Shown piece by piece: positions 34,367-46,700 of a DNA stretch of 64,000 nt. Within the stretch, counting starts at the first letter, position 1, and every line of letters begins with the position of its first letter. This DNA comes from Catajapyx aquilonaris (lineage: Eukaryota). The notes under the pieces were generated by a model. The model was not told where the DNA came from. It saw only the letters and a program-made list of their open reading frames with translations, and ran no database searches. The stretch lies in contig KZ538017.1 of assembly GCA_000934665.2 (NCBI GenBank), positions 62,001 to 126,000 of the forward strand, read 5' to 3'. The translations under genes were made by a program, and so were the position numbers.

Positions 34367-34404
34367 CAACTTTCCAAGTTCAAAGTGTGGACTGATTGAA
34401 GGGC
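34367..34404 (-). repeat. Dispersed repeat fragment GCCCTT..TCAGTCCAC(A/G)CTTTGAACTTGGA; other copies at 49190-49230 and 60135-60175 (+)
   Basis: Three about 40-bp copies, each near a (TA)CAGGGTG/CACCCTG word. Likely relics of a Tc1/mariner-type MITE (inference). Confidence 0.6.
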
Positions 34405-37400
34405 GCAGGGGTACAGGATTAAAGTACAGGGTGGGAGGGAAGGAAAAGTAACCTGCGCAGTTGAGTCAAACCCAAAAGCAGAAGAGTCGCATGCGGACTG
34501 GCATCATTCGCTCCAACAACCATTCGCAGCAATGAAATTAATATTGGCAAAGTACAGTACCACATCCCTCGCATGGATGGCGCGTGATGACTCACCGCGG
34601 ACAAACATAGCTGCTGTTTTGGTTCGATGAAAGTCTAATCGCTCACAGGGAATGAGTGACTGGTGGTCACCCATACCAGGCTGACCCCGACATTCATCGC
34701 TGCTGGTGGGGGGCGATTATTCTTATTGTTATTATCTGTTGAGTTGTATGATGGCTAATTAGGGGGGCTGGAAAGAGGGGGTGACAACGCAAATCCATCA
34801 TCGTGACAACCCGGGCTCCGCGATTATTAATTTTTATATGCCAAACAATCGGGGTTGCCAGCATGCAGCACAACAATCAATAAAATAGGCCATAACCTTC
34901 ACATTATTTTATTAAAGCACTCGTTTCCATAGGCAAAAATGAGTAATGCGACAGTAAAATGTGCCGAGAGCATCCATTTTTGTCGTCGCTGGCTAAAGTA
35001 CTAATGAAAACGTGTGCTGCTGATTATCTTTCGCAATTAAATTTCGCAAGATTAAATTCCGCCTCCCACACCCCTCGAAAGCCATGCTTTTTCCTGGTGT
35101 CGATCGGGGGGGTCCGTTGACTTGTGCAAAACAACGCTTTTGTGTAATTTCCGGTGCGCTAATTGAAAAGAGGGTCTTTCACTCTCAGGTGCTCCAGGTA
35201 GCGACAATATATGTAGGCTCGAGTGGGCGTCGCCATATGACGTCCATCTGCAAAAAATAAAGTCTAATAATAAAAAAAGCTTCTTATCCTGACTATTCGG
35301 AGCAACCATCCCACCTCTTCTGCGCAACTGGTTGCCTTGTTAACAGGATGTGCCTCACATTACTCTTCAAGATAGTGCGCATCAGGTATTCTCTTTGTGC
35401 TCAGTAAGTACAGTTGATTTAAAAGTGGAGTGCTCTCACTGTATTATGCTCTTTAAGTACAGTGCGACCTCATCATCACCTGATGCCTGGAGCGATGGAT
35501 ATAATAACTACGCCTCAGGACTTAATAACTCATGCTCATCATCACATTTAGACACTCAAAGAGTCGCGGTGATATTGACGGACCGGAAGTAAGACAATTG
35601 GGGGGGGGGGGNNNNNNNNNNNNNNNNTTCTCCGTTTTTATTGCGGATGATTTGAATAATTCATCCGATTTATCATTTTGCAAACTGAAATGACGCCTGA
35701 TTTTGCTCCAGGGCACAACAGGGTGGAGCCCCCACCCCAGTTATTTTTTACGGTTAGAGTGACACACATTAGTGCAAAAATATTTTGTGCAGAAAAATTG
35801 CGGTTTTAATGTGGGGCGTTGCCGATGTCTCTGCTCTTTTTGAGTAATTAATCTGATTCCGCGAAAAGGTTCAAATGAAACCATCTCTTTTCATCCCTCC
35901 CACTCTCTCTCTTTTTTTTTGCATGCGAAAAGCACATCAAACAGAGTTGGTCTCGAAGGGTGATTGGATTAACCTTCGACAAACAAGAGAGGGTTTTGCC
36001 TGGTGTGCGTCGCAGGGAAATAAGCTCTTCATTGCAACCTTGTTTGCGAAAAAAACCCCATCTCAAACGACTTTGCTTCAATCATTCTGGGACAATGTTT
36101 CCAAGATTTTATTGCGATTTTCTTAAGACAAATTGAGTCGTTTTGTGCTGCCAATTTATCCAGCTACATTTGGCGGATAATCTCTTTCATTAGCTGACAT
36201 CATCAGCTGCTGGATGCAATATCAGTCATCTTTGAAACCAATTAAGCGGAGAAAAATGTCTTAAAATATTTCTGCCGATATTAAATCCGAATCGTGCAGA
36301 CTTTCAATTTGCAAAATACATATATATTTTTTTGAAGCTCGGGCTACATCCTCCCCTTTTTCGAGATGCCAGGTTTGGCAATTTATCCCCACTCATTTTG
36401 GTAGTATAAGCAGCTGCCTGTTTCTGGTACGTTGGAGTTCAATTCGCGAATTATTTCGCAACCAGTCCTTTTCCTATGTCCTCGTGAAGGACTAATGAGG
36501 CGTGGATAAGCAGGATCATAACCGGCCCGAGAATGATGCGCAGTTGTTCGCTCCAGCAACCATTTTATTCCCTACTTGCAAAAACCATGTTTGCAATATA
36601 GAGCGTGTGGGCATATATATTTTTAGCGCGATTTGATTTATTTCTCATTTAAAAAGCTCGGCCGCCATCTTTGGCAAAGAGGGTAAAAGGAGGCGTTATT
36701 GTTGCGGTAAACAAAGAAACTCACTTTGGCGGAGGCGATTTGCGAAAATTAATGGGCGGGAGATGCGGATAATGGCTTTTTGGCAAAAAGGGGGGACGGG
36801 GGGGTCGGATGGAAGGCTATTCCAGAGGCAAAAGGTGGATTGAAAGGGGCCAAAAAGAGAGGAGAAAACTTAACGAGCAAGTTTTGGGAATGAAAAGAGA
36901 GAGGCGATAATTAGCGGAGACAAAATTGCACTTTACTTCAAGGACGCGACGAGGTTTTTGCCAAATTTTAAGAGCCCAAACACAAGGTGTCTGCAGCTGA
37001 GAGAACTCTCATTACTTTTCTAAACAGGATTCTGTCTGATTACATTCCCTCCAATTGTCGCTAGTCTACAACCTATTAAAGGAGCAAGCTCTACTAATTT
37101 AAGTGACGAACTAGCAGCAGTTATTAGCTGCTAATGGTCAGGGTATCCAACAGATTGCTTTGTCATCTAATTACACTTCTTGTTATCCTCGCTCGTCATG
37201 CATCGACAAATGACCATGAAAAGCCCTCATCCAAACAAACCAGTTCTTCGAGAGCCCCCAAAAAGTAATAACGGGCCATTAGCAGTAAACAAGACAGCTG
37301 GAAAGAGCTCTTCTGGCTCAACGGAGATGACATGCCTGGCAAGAATCGCCACAAAACCATTCATTACTTTCTGCCCGTATATGACAGGGAGAGAAATTAT

Positions 37401-37481
37401 TAATCACCGAGATGTATAACGAAAGCCTGCAATTATTTAGAGCACGCATCTCCGGATTGGGGTTCAGTCTGTGCCTCTGAT

Positions 37482-37573
37482 TGTCCGCGGTGACTCATCA
37501 CCAACGTGCATGTAGTACCCATCGCACGGGAGAGTGGCGGTAGTGTGCTGAGAGGGAGGTTTGCGCCATCTAT
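37482..37573 (+). repeat. Representative copy of a modular short dispersed repeat (TGTCCGCGGTGASTCATCA + GTAGTACC + GAGAGTGGC...GCGCCATCTAT)
   Basis: Related pieces at about 1490, 2520, 5651, 14383/14787, 34556, 38871, 42548, 50546, 51244, 51622 and 61782. Confidence 0.75.
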
Positions 37574-38315
37574 TGGAGCTGCTTGACAACTCCTAGTGTG
37601 GGTGGCTATAAAACACTTGGGGAGTCTCTTCTATGGAGTGCAGTGACGCGTCAAATGATGACAACAGTCGAGACAGAATAAGGCGGCCTGAGAAAAGAAG
37701 AAGAAGGACTGGGAGTAGGCGGAGGGGGATGGAATGGAAGCGATTTGTCTTTTGGAGACAATCGAGGAAAAGAGGGCTGCATGCAGATGAGTCCGTTGCA
37801 GTATCGCAATTTGCACGCAACCAGCTCCGGACGACCGACGCCGAGTGTGAAATATAGCGTCGGGAAAAACCACAAAAATTTGTCCAACATTTGCCCTGCC
37901 CCCAATATTCCCTTTTTTTGACGTGAATAGTGTGCGCGGGCAAGTACGTTTGATTCCGGATGTGGGACGCCTCATCTGATTTGGACACACATTTTGTGTG
38001 GCCAATCCCATAATCCTCTCAAAAGTGGTGGAGATTTTCTACGCCAAATATGAAGTGAAAGGATGTCTGGAAGAATCATTCTGCACACTATTTCTGTTCC
38101 TTCTATCTCTACCTGATTTTGTAGTCGAAAAGAGGCTCTCAAAGTGTTCCGCCGAGACCTTTCCATGAGACGTCACGACTCCCCATTATCTTTGTGTAGA
38201 AACCTTCTGCGTCATCTTTTGCGACTCGAGTGTGTGGGCCAAATCTGCTCCTCTGAATATTTCCCTGCATTGTTGACATTAGAATACACTTCTGGGCGTT
38301 TCCCTCTCTGAAATT

Positions 38316-38456
38316 TTGAACAATGGCTTTTTGTGAAATGCCATCCACCGCCAGAGGGGCAGCACCTACGCCTATTTTCTCTTAAGCCGCTTACAAAAGT
38401 TTGTCTCAAGTGCGGAGGCACGCTTCCGGCTTATTTTACGCCTAGGGATTTTTTTT
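38316..38456 (+). repeat. About 140-bp dispersed repeat with a diverged inverted copy at 46713-46855
   Basis: Shared blocks TTGAACAATGG, ACCGCCAGAG(G/T)GGCAGCAC, TCTCAAGTGCGG and GCTTCCGGCTTATTTTAC. Confidence 0.7.
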
Positions 38457-40598
38457 AAAGGCGTTGTTTCGCGAACTTGATGCACCGGGTGTCTCGTAAA
38501 CAACTGAAGCCCGATTCTTATTGAATGACGTGTGTATAGGAAAATCCGGGTCGCGATTATTAATCCGGGATGAGCCACTCGAAGGCTTCTTGTTGGCTGC
38601 AGTTGAACGGCGGTTATTTAGCCCAAAAGAAGGTTTGTTTTTTCAGTGTGTGCTGGAGGGGATGACATTAAACTCTCGGAGGAATAATCCGACTGGGCCC
38701 TGGTATTATGCTGCTGTTGTGGAGGGGGATTTACCCGAGAGACCTCCACTGCAGGTGTGCACACAGCGCACTCATTATTTATTGCCCACATCAAAAGGAT
38801 TCCGGCCACAATGAAAAGACCCAAAAGCTCTCCCTCAGTGTGTGCGCCACAAGCTATAACTCTTGAAAAGTGTAGTACCACTGGGCACGACCCTGAGAGT
38901 GGCGGTAATATGCGACGATTTCGTCGGTGTTTGCAGGTGACTGATGTAGGTCAGTGTGGTCGGAATCAGACCAAACTTTGCAGGTTTCTGGGAAGTGAGG
39001 CGTACGGTTTAATTGCTAGGCATTGTATTTGCAAGGCTGCTGAGGCGACTGGATGTGGACCATTGTTGTCTTCTGCTGGGCTGCGAAGGAAAACAATCAA
39101 GGCCGGTTTACGAGAGTGAGTGTCAACAAACTGTGTGATTCGGACAAACACTGTACTTGCCTCTGGAATGAAGAGAGTGCAATTACGTGCTTATCTCATG
39201 GGTTGTAAAACTTGAGGAGAAATTTGTCGCCGGTTTAAAAGATACTGCGAGTTTACTTCTTCCTTATTTTTTTTTTGATTGGTCGTTGGGTCACGGCCGA
39301 TTGGCTCAACCCACACAAACTTACTCAACTTTATCGCCCCCGTCAACACAATTATCGGAAAATTCTGTTGCGGGCAGGTAACTTTTTTCTCCCCCATCGA
39401 ATTACAGTTACGGCGGAGGATAACGGATTAAACCGCACCGGGAGGAGTTAATACTTCGCAAAAAGGATCAGTTCGGGAGCTTGTTGCATCCTCGAATTTT
39501 TTTACTTCAGAAAAAATTATGCTACACAAGAATATGGGAAGTTTATCAGAGTTTGGTTACCAGTGATGACATTGAGTGATTCACCTTGAGCGAAGGTCCG
39601 GCCAATATCCTCCTGCTGGTGGGCAATCGACAGGCTATTGTCATCGCAGCGTGGATCCCTCCCCACCCAAACAAATCGGATCAAGCCAGAGCTGGATCAA
39701 AGGGACCGGATCAGATCGACCGGAACTCGGTTCCTCTCCCATAAACTGATGTTCCCTCGTGCATTGTCTCCTTATGAAGAGGGCATGCTGTTGGAAACAC
39801 TGCCAGGATCCAAAACGGGGGGAGGGGCATGTGACGCCGGTGGGAGGGGCTTATGCTGGCGGTGGGCGGGGCATAAACTAGCTGTGGGAGGAGTATGAAC
39901 TGACTGCGGGCGGGGCTTCCACCGCCGAGATTTTACGAATTTACAGATCGAATTTGCGCGCTGTTTAATCGCAGCATTACACATTGAAATGCTGCATTTA
40001 TCCTTCCATTATTCTCATTCGAGTACTATCACGCAAGAGATCAACAAATGGTCGTGGTTTTGTCAGACGGGATAGATTCGTCCGGAATTATATCTGGGAT
40101 TAAAGAGGAACCGTGAGATTGAATTCCTGAGAGTAAGTACACGTATAGTTCGCTGGAGCATCTGTTAATCCGGTATTTACTTTAAGGTCTTGATGTACGG
40201 TACTTCTCTGCAACCATGATTAGATCGTGTTTGCTTCAGAGGTTTGCGGTGGAAAACGTCATTGTCTGTTGGCTCCGCGTTAAATAACGTAACCTCCCAC
40301 AATATATTTTTCCGTTAAAATATTAATCCCCATTAGCACCTTCCCACTATGAACGTTAAATCACGGCCTGAATTATTTCAACCACTTTGCACCATCGACT
40401 AATTTTTCAACTGGGCTCCAATTAGCGTTGTGGTCGCGTCAAGCCTCTGCAATATTTAGAGCACATTTTTTTGCACGCGTATTCGCACTCTCAGGTTGTG
40501 CAAAATGTCGGAAATAATTTTCAAAGCAGATTTCAGACAATATGTGGCATATAGCCATCTGTATACAAACAATAAGAAGGCTCGGTTGCAACTCGTAT

Positions 40599-40620
40599 TT
40601 GTTTGTTTGTTTGTTTGTTT
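40599..40620. repeat. (TTTG)n microsatellite, possibly the tail of a minus-strand retroposon
   Basis: The minus strand reads AATAAATAT followed by (AAAC)5. Confidence 0.55.
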
Positions 40621-41517
40621 ATATTTATTACGAGCTCGTCGTCATCCCAGCACTCTCTCAGGGAGTTTGGTTGATGAATGGCCTGTTGGCAACCCAGGGT
40701 TGGCGACTAATCACTCTTGTGGACTAACCAAGGCTCATCCGGACAGTTACTAATGGCAATCAAGAGACTCGGCAAGAGGTGGCTCCTCTCTGGCGGTTTC
40801 ATCCGGAACCCACCAAAACAAGCTAAAACCTATAATGCAGAAAGTTTGAATAATTTTTGATTCTATGGCAAGTGTTTATCTCAGCTGCTAATTTTTGGTG
40901 AGAGTTCCCTTGCGATTTGTCGTGCCTAGCAACTGCATCGAGGCAGATGACGCAGCTTCCGACGTCAGGAGGGACACGATTATTCTTAGCTTTAGACGGT
41001 CTTTTTTTGTTGACTTAACAATCGATCACCGGCATATGACAAATTGTTGCTAGACACGTGTAAATGATGGACATACACTGGGGGGGAGTGGGCCGGGAAA
41101 CTTTTATTATTCGAACTGGAGGCAATGTTGGCCATGTCCATAAAATTGGCAGAGGTCGTTTTATCATTTCCATCACCTGCGCTAAGAATTAATCCGGTCA
41201 TATCTTGACCCTGTAACCCCAATAATTGAAAAGGCCGGTGCTTGAATGACGCTTTTCAGAGCGGGGTTGCCAGGCCAACGGTGCCTTGTCCTGCAGGAAC
41301 GTGTAATTAGTTCTTTGCAATCGCTAATTGACCAGCGTTTTTTTCTCTCTCTGTGTGTCTCCATGATGGGCTATATAGGGGAGGGTGAACCTACAGTTAA
41401 AGTAATCAGCAGGAAGTTAGCTCACCCGAGTTTCACTCATTGCTTCCCTCTATGCCCCATTTACATCCATTTTCTGCCACTCATCGTATTGATGTGTCGC
41501 GCCTTTCATTTTAAACT

Positions 41518-41680
41518 TCCTATGGCCATAAATTCCACGCATGCGTCGACTACTCTAACGGAGGCGTGATGGCCATCTCAGATGAGTTCGGATCCAAGCC
41601 ATCTTTTTTACACGTCCTATCGGCATCCACGCATGCGTCGACTACGCTAACCAAGGCTTGATTGGCCAACTCAGATTAGG
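41518..41680 (+). repeat. Local diverged direct duplication (about 65-bp unit, two copies)
   Basis: TCCACGCATGCGTCGACTAC(T/G)CTAAC...TGGCCA(T/A)CTCAGAT occurs twice. Confidence 0.75.
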
Positions 41681-43606
41681 CAATGAAAAACTTTGGCTAA
41701 TAGTTTCTATAACAACTACACAATGGTTCATTAGGGCCAGTTTTAAGCATATCGAGTATCTTGGCAACGTCGCCAACGCTATCCCCCAAAGTGTAGCGTT
41801 GGAAATAAGTGCACTCACTATACGTAGATCTTAGCATCATTGATAATGCCAACAGTGCAAGCTGCGCGAACTGTGGGCGAACTCTGCTGCGTTCGTAAAA
41901 AATTTAAACTATTTTTTTGTAAATGGGCTTGGTTCCGAGTAGATGGTAAGAGCTTCTGACATGAGTGGTTCTCCCTTTCTGGAGTCATTTGCCTGGAAAA
42001 TGTGCATGCTGGAGAGCTTTTTGGAGGGGGATCCTCTAATGGCATTGGCCAAACGCAGTTAGAGAAGGAGAGAGGAAAGTGTGTGTGCGCAGTCTGTCCA
42101 AACCATGCGGAAACAAGTCACGTGCAAAACGTGAGAATAATCGACGAGGGAGCCTCTTGTCGGATGGGCCAAAAAGACATTCACGTAATTGCACTTGTTA
42201 CCAACAATTACGTCCGCATGTTTACTTGTGTCGTAACCATGTTTCACGCACTGCTGGCAGAGGTGAAGCTGTGTGACCTCGCGGGTAGAGTTTATCTGGT
42301 TGCTATTGAGTGGGGAATGTGGGGCTCTGAGAGAGCTAGCTAGCTGGAGAGAGAAGAGGATGGATGTGTCCCTCCAGGCGAGATGAATGGCAATGGCGTA
42401 GATTGTTGGCTCGGGTTCTCCAAGAAAGCAAAAGGGATGGGCTCTACTTTGTTACCTCCGACCCTTCCTTCATATTCCATTGCACCCACCACCATCATCT
42501 TTATCTTCTGACTGATGCCTTCTCTTCCCCTATCAGTTTGGCTAGGAGCATGTAGTACCACTATCGCACGGCACTAAGAGTGGCGGTAGTGTGCATAGAG
42601 GGAGGACGCGCCATCTATGAGCGAAGTAAGGTTCTAAGTGGACAATCTGGGGATGCCTCGCAGGTGACAATGAGACCAATTTGGGACTGCAGATGTTGCA
42701 TTTTAACGAACTCAATTGTATAGAATCCGATACTGCGCATCCCCATACCGAGTGGGTGGAAGATGCGTCAGTCTTCATCCGGTATGGGGAAAAAATAGAA
42801 CGAATTTTTCAGAACCGAACCTGAGCTGCTCCAGATTTCAAAGGGCGACCCACGGTGATGTAGGCGGATCCCCCCACACTAATTGGTTCGCAAATTAGTT
42901 ACCGATCCTTAATCACGATTCATGCCTCCGTAAGAGCGCTTCTATGTAGTCCGCTCGAATCTTCAAGAGGGAAAATCCATTTTCGGATATTCAAAGCGGT
43001 CCGGCAAAAACTGTGGTTGCAATGTTTAGCTCCTTCTCCCCGTTTATGCAAATTATTTTGCGCAACAAGGTCCGACATCTACCGGGACCTCCCAACAATA
43101 TTTTTGCACGTTTTGCTGTCAAAACAGCGTGACATATATCTCGCCCAATTTTTTGTGCGAGCATGCCTTAATAATAGTTAATATCCGACCAATTACCGTT
43201 GGATTCATCCAACCTTCGATGCTAATTAGCACCCAGCTTAATTTCCTGGCCAGCATTCTCGTGTTTCCGCGAATTTTCATCATCTCTTAGCAATGGGCGC
43301 AGGATTGCGTCAAATCTGAACCGGATATATCCGGAGAGATTTTTTGGAGTGATGGGAAAAATGCGAGAGGCGGAGCAGTGTGGCATGTGGCAGGTGGGCC
43401 CAACTCCGAATCGAATTTTGGAGGGGCGGAATGGGAAAAAGCCCGGGACGTCCAAAACTAAAGCCCTTCAACTCTGCCTGTCGCTGATCCTCTTCCCTTT
43501 CATTACACGATTTCAGGGCTCCGGATTTTCAAGTGGGATGTAACGACAGGGACACGTGTACAGTCACTTATACAGAAGTAAGGTAGGTGATCTAAAGCTT
43601 AAAGTA

Positions 43607-43770
43607 CACTCTAAGAAATAATGTCCGGGTTAAATGTATTTATCCCGGAAAAAAGATCACTTTTGTCATGGTTATTTAACCCGGACATGTATACACTCTA
43701 AGAAATGTCCATGACAAAAGTGATCTTTTTTCCGGGATAAATGCATTTAACCCGGACATTTCTTAGAGTG
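43607..43770. mobile_element. 164-bp palindromic MITE with CACTCTAAGAAA termini and TA duplication (CACTA/EnSpm-like, tentative)
   Basis: TA|CACTCTAAGAAA..ATGTCCGGGTTAAATG ... CATTTAACCCGGACATTTCTTAGAGTG|TA with about 60-bp arms. An extra internal left end lies at 43694. Confidence 0.8.
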
Positions 43771-46700
43771 TAGCCTCCAAGGTGCATCTCTTGGAGGCTA
43801 ATTTGAGCTTCAGAGGTCTGCTACCCTCTGCTTTTGGCATGATGCCTTCTGACTTTAAGATGGCATTGACGACAGCCACCTCTAATCCAGCCTGGGTTGA
43901 TGGACACGTGCCTACTGTGCCCGGAGTTGAACTTCGCCAGGTGCCAGATAGTGTGACATTTTGGGCCAAATATAACCCAAGAGAAATGCGAGGGCATATT
44001 TTGTGGGGGCCTGAACATTTCCTCCGATGGTCTCCAGGGATCAATTACAGGGTGATTTCAGGTTTTTGGGGGAGATCCACACTTGGATGAAAAGTTAAGT
44101 CCGGTTTTTTTCTTCCCCCCAGAAGCAGTCGACTGGGGGATTTCCTAATTGGGCAGGGGAAGTGAAAGGAAAGGATAAGAACAAAGTTTGTCCCGAGGAA
44201 ACATCGGCTTGAAGGAAAAAAAAGCCCTTCTCTCGGGAGGACTTGAGGGCATATAATTCTTGGCTCCTTTCCGATTGGTCAGGACGCGTATTTTTTTGAG
44301 GGAGAGAGACTTGAGGGAGTTTATCCGATTCCTTCAACAAACCAGCTCACGTAGAACCAGAAGGAAAGAGGCCCCTACCACTCCAATTTTTCTTATCCGT
44401 AACATCCATCCACCCAGGGGCCAAGACTTCACCTGCATCATGTCACGAAAGGCGCAGTATAAAGTTGTCCTTATACTTTCTTGATGTGGCACAGGGTGGC
44501 CCACTGCCGTTGTTCGCAAAGAAGCACAGCAAGGAATAAGAGGCTGTGGATTAATAACATGGGGCTTCCTGCGATGCACTTTGCTAATTGCAGGCAGCAA
44601 TTAGGGCGCCTGGGTGCCATCGATCACTCGGACTGTCACACTGTAGCTGTGGTTTTCGACCATTACACCGCATTACCTCCGATGTACTGCTTGGGGGAAA
44701 GCAACTCCGTCAAGTTCCTCTTTATGCAAAACAAAATTTTGCGGAGATGATAGCCCCCGAGACTATTATTGTAAGGTCGCGAGTACGGCCCGCAAATCAA
44801 TTCGACAATTAATCCTGCTCCATTATCTGACCCACAGGGTTATACTCCTTGGTCAATTTCAAAAGGACTAATGATGGTGCGGCACCCTGGGCACATTTTG
44901 CATTTGATGGATTGTGTACCTAACGCAGGATGACGACCCTATAGGAGAGTGCTTTTTTTTTGCGGTTAATTGCAATTTGCAATCGCTTCGGGAGAGGAAA
45001 AGCAGGTGTGGTTCTCTCAGGAAAGTGACGAGACATATTTGGTATTGGAGTTTTTTTTTGGTAAGCGGTAGGCATTGTTGACAGCTGATTGTCACTTGGA
45101 TTAATCCTCGCGGGATTGACGCGTTTTGATGCGGTAATCCCGCGCCTGGTTTTGGCGGGTATTCCCCCGACCTTGTTTGATTGACTGACGACACGATGTT
45201 CCACTCAAAGCACCCCTCCCTGTTGGTAGTTTACTCCAATTAATAATGCATGTTGCGAGCCCAACTGCGGGTTTGTTATATCGGCCAAGGAGACAGGCAC
45301 AGGTATAATGCATTCATTGTTGGAATTGCCTGCGAAAAATATTGCGGATTAATCACGTGCCCGCGAATTAAAAATGAAAATCCAATACTATTGGAAGGTT
45401 AAAGTTGTGCGAATTAGTACCGTACATGCTATTATTAGTTTGCAAATTAATTGGGAATCGGATCCACCTTTCCGTTCTCATGATTACAAGTAATGCGCTT
45501 CTTAGCGCATTATTAATTTTAGTCCTTCGTACAACTAGAGGGCCTCTTTATACGTATAACTCCTGGCTCGATTTCTTTCCAATTTATTCTGCATGTCAGA
45601 CGTGTCATGTGTAGTGTCTGAAGTGATTGTCGGAATGCAATTAGATCAATCCCTGTTCTCTTTTATTTGGGGGGAATGTTTTGGTCCTTTGGGTGTAGGC
45701 CTCGAATGGCGTCTGGGTATGTAGAGAATTCCCGTGGGAGTATAATTACTTTTCACAATCTCTGTACTGTACTCTTGGACAGAGAAAATTGCATCCAATC
45801 TCCTGGATTTAATTTTTTGTGCAATGTGTGTGAGCATGAGCAAGAAGGACGAGGATCGCAGATATTATTGCTGCGTCATCTCTGATTAAGATGGCGAGAG
45901 AGAGAGAGATGGACCACCACCACCAAAATGCTATATCTCCGGAATCCCAGCGTCTTGAAATCATCCTCATCCGTTCAAGCTACTTCATTCCCCCTTTATA
46001 ATCCGGATCATGCGATTCAGGACTTCCTGCCAGCAGGAACTGCCTGGCACATTTTCTGTTCCGAGTGAAATGGTGGTGCGAGATGAAACGATGGGAATAT
46101 ATTTTTGCATTTTCCATGTTGTCGATTAGGAATCGCAACTTTCTCTTACGTTACACAGCAATCAAAACGAATTCTTTTCTGGCCGTTTGTGGAACGCACA
46201 CATTTTCGCAAACTATGGATAATACGACGGTTGGTGATTAGTTTCCTGGCGACCATCCGTGTGGCAATTAGTTAAGTTCTGATCGCAAATTAATGGTCTG
46301 GACTGCAATGGTAAGAGGGAAACCTGTCTTCCTCGCAATGTCTGTCACTTTTTCCCAAAGAAATATAATAGGTATTTCCTCAAACGATGGAAGCGAAGAC
46401 CCTCGAAATCTGCAAAAGCTGTTCGTTTATTACGCACGGTCCATTCTTTGGTTTTTCATTGGTTTGAGATTGCTCCATGTAATAAGGCTTCCCTCATCGT
46501 CTTACAAAGTGTCCTATATACTCTCAATTTCAACCTTCTGTCCCATTTCTTCTATCTTCTTTCCTCTCCCTGATGATTCTGCACATTCATCCAGTGTCAA
46601 GTTTTGCTCTTTTTCGACATAACTTCTGGAACACCCGGTTCCATCCGCACCTCGAGAGCCTTCTTGTTGAAAAGTTATTTTTTTTCGGATGATTTTTTTT

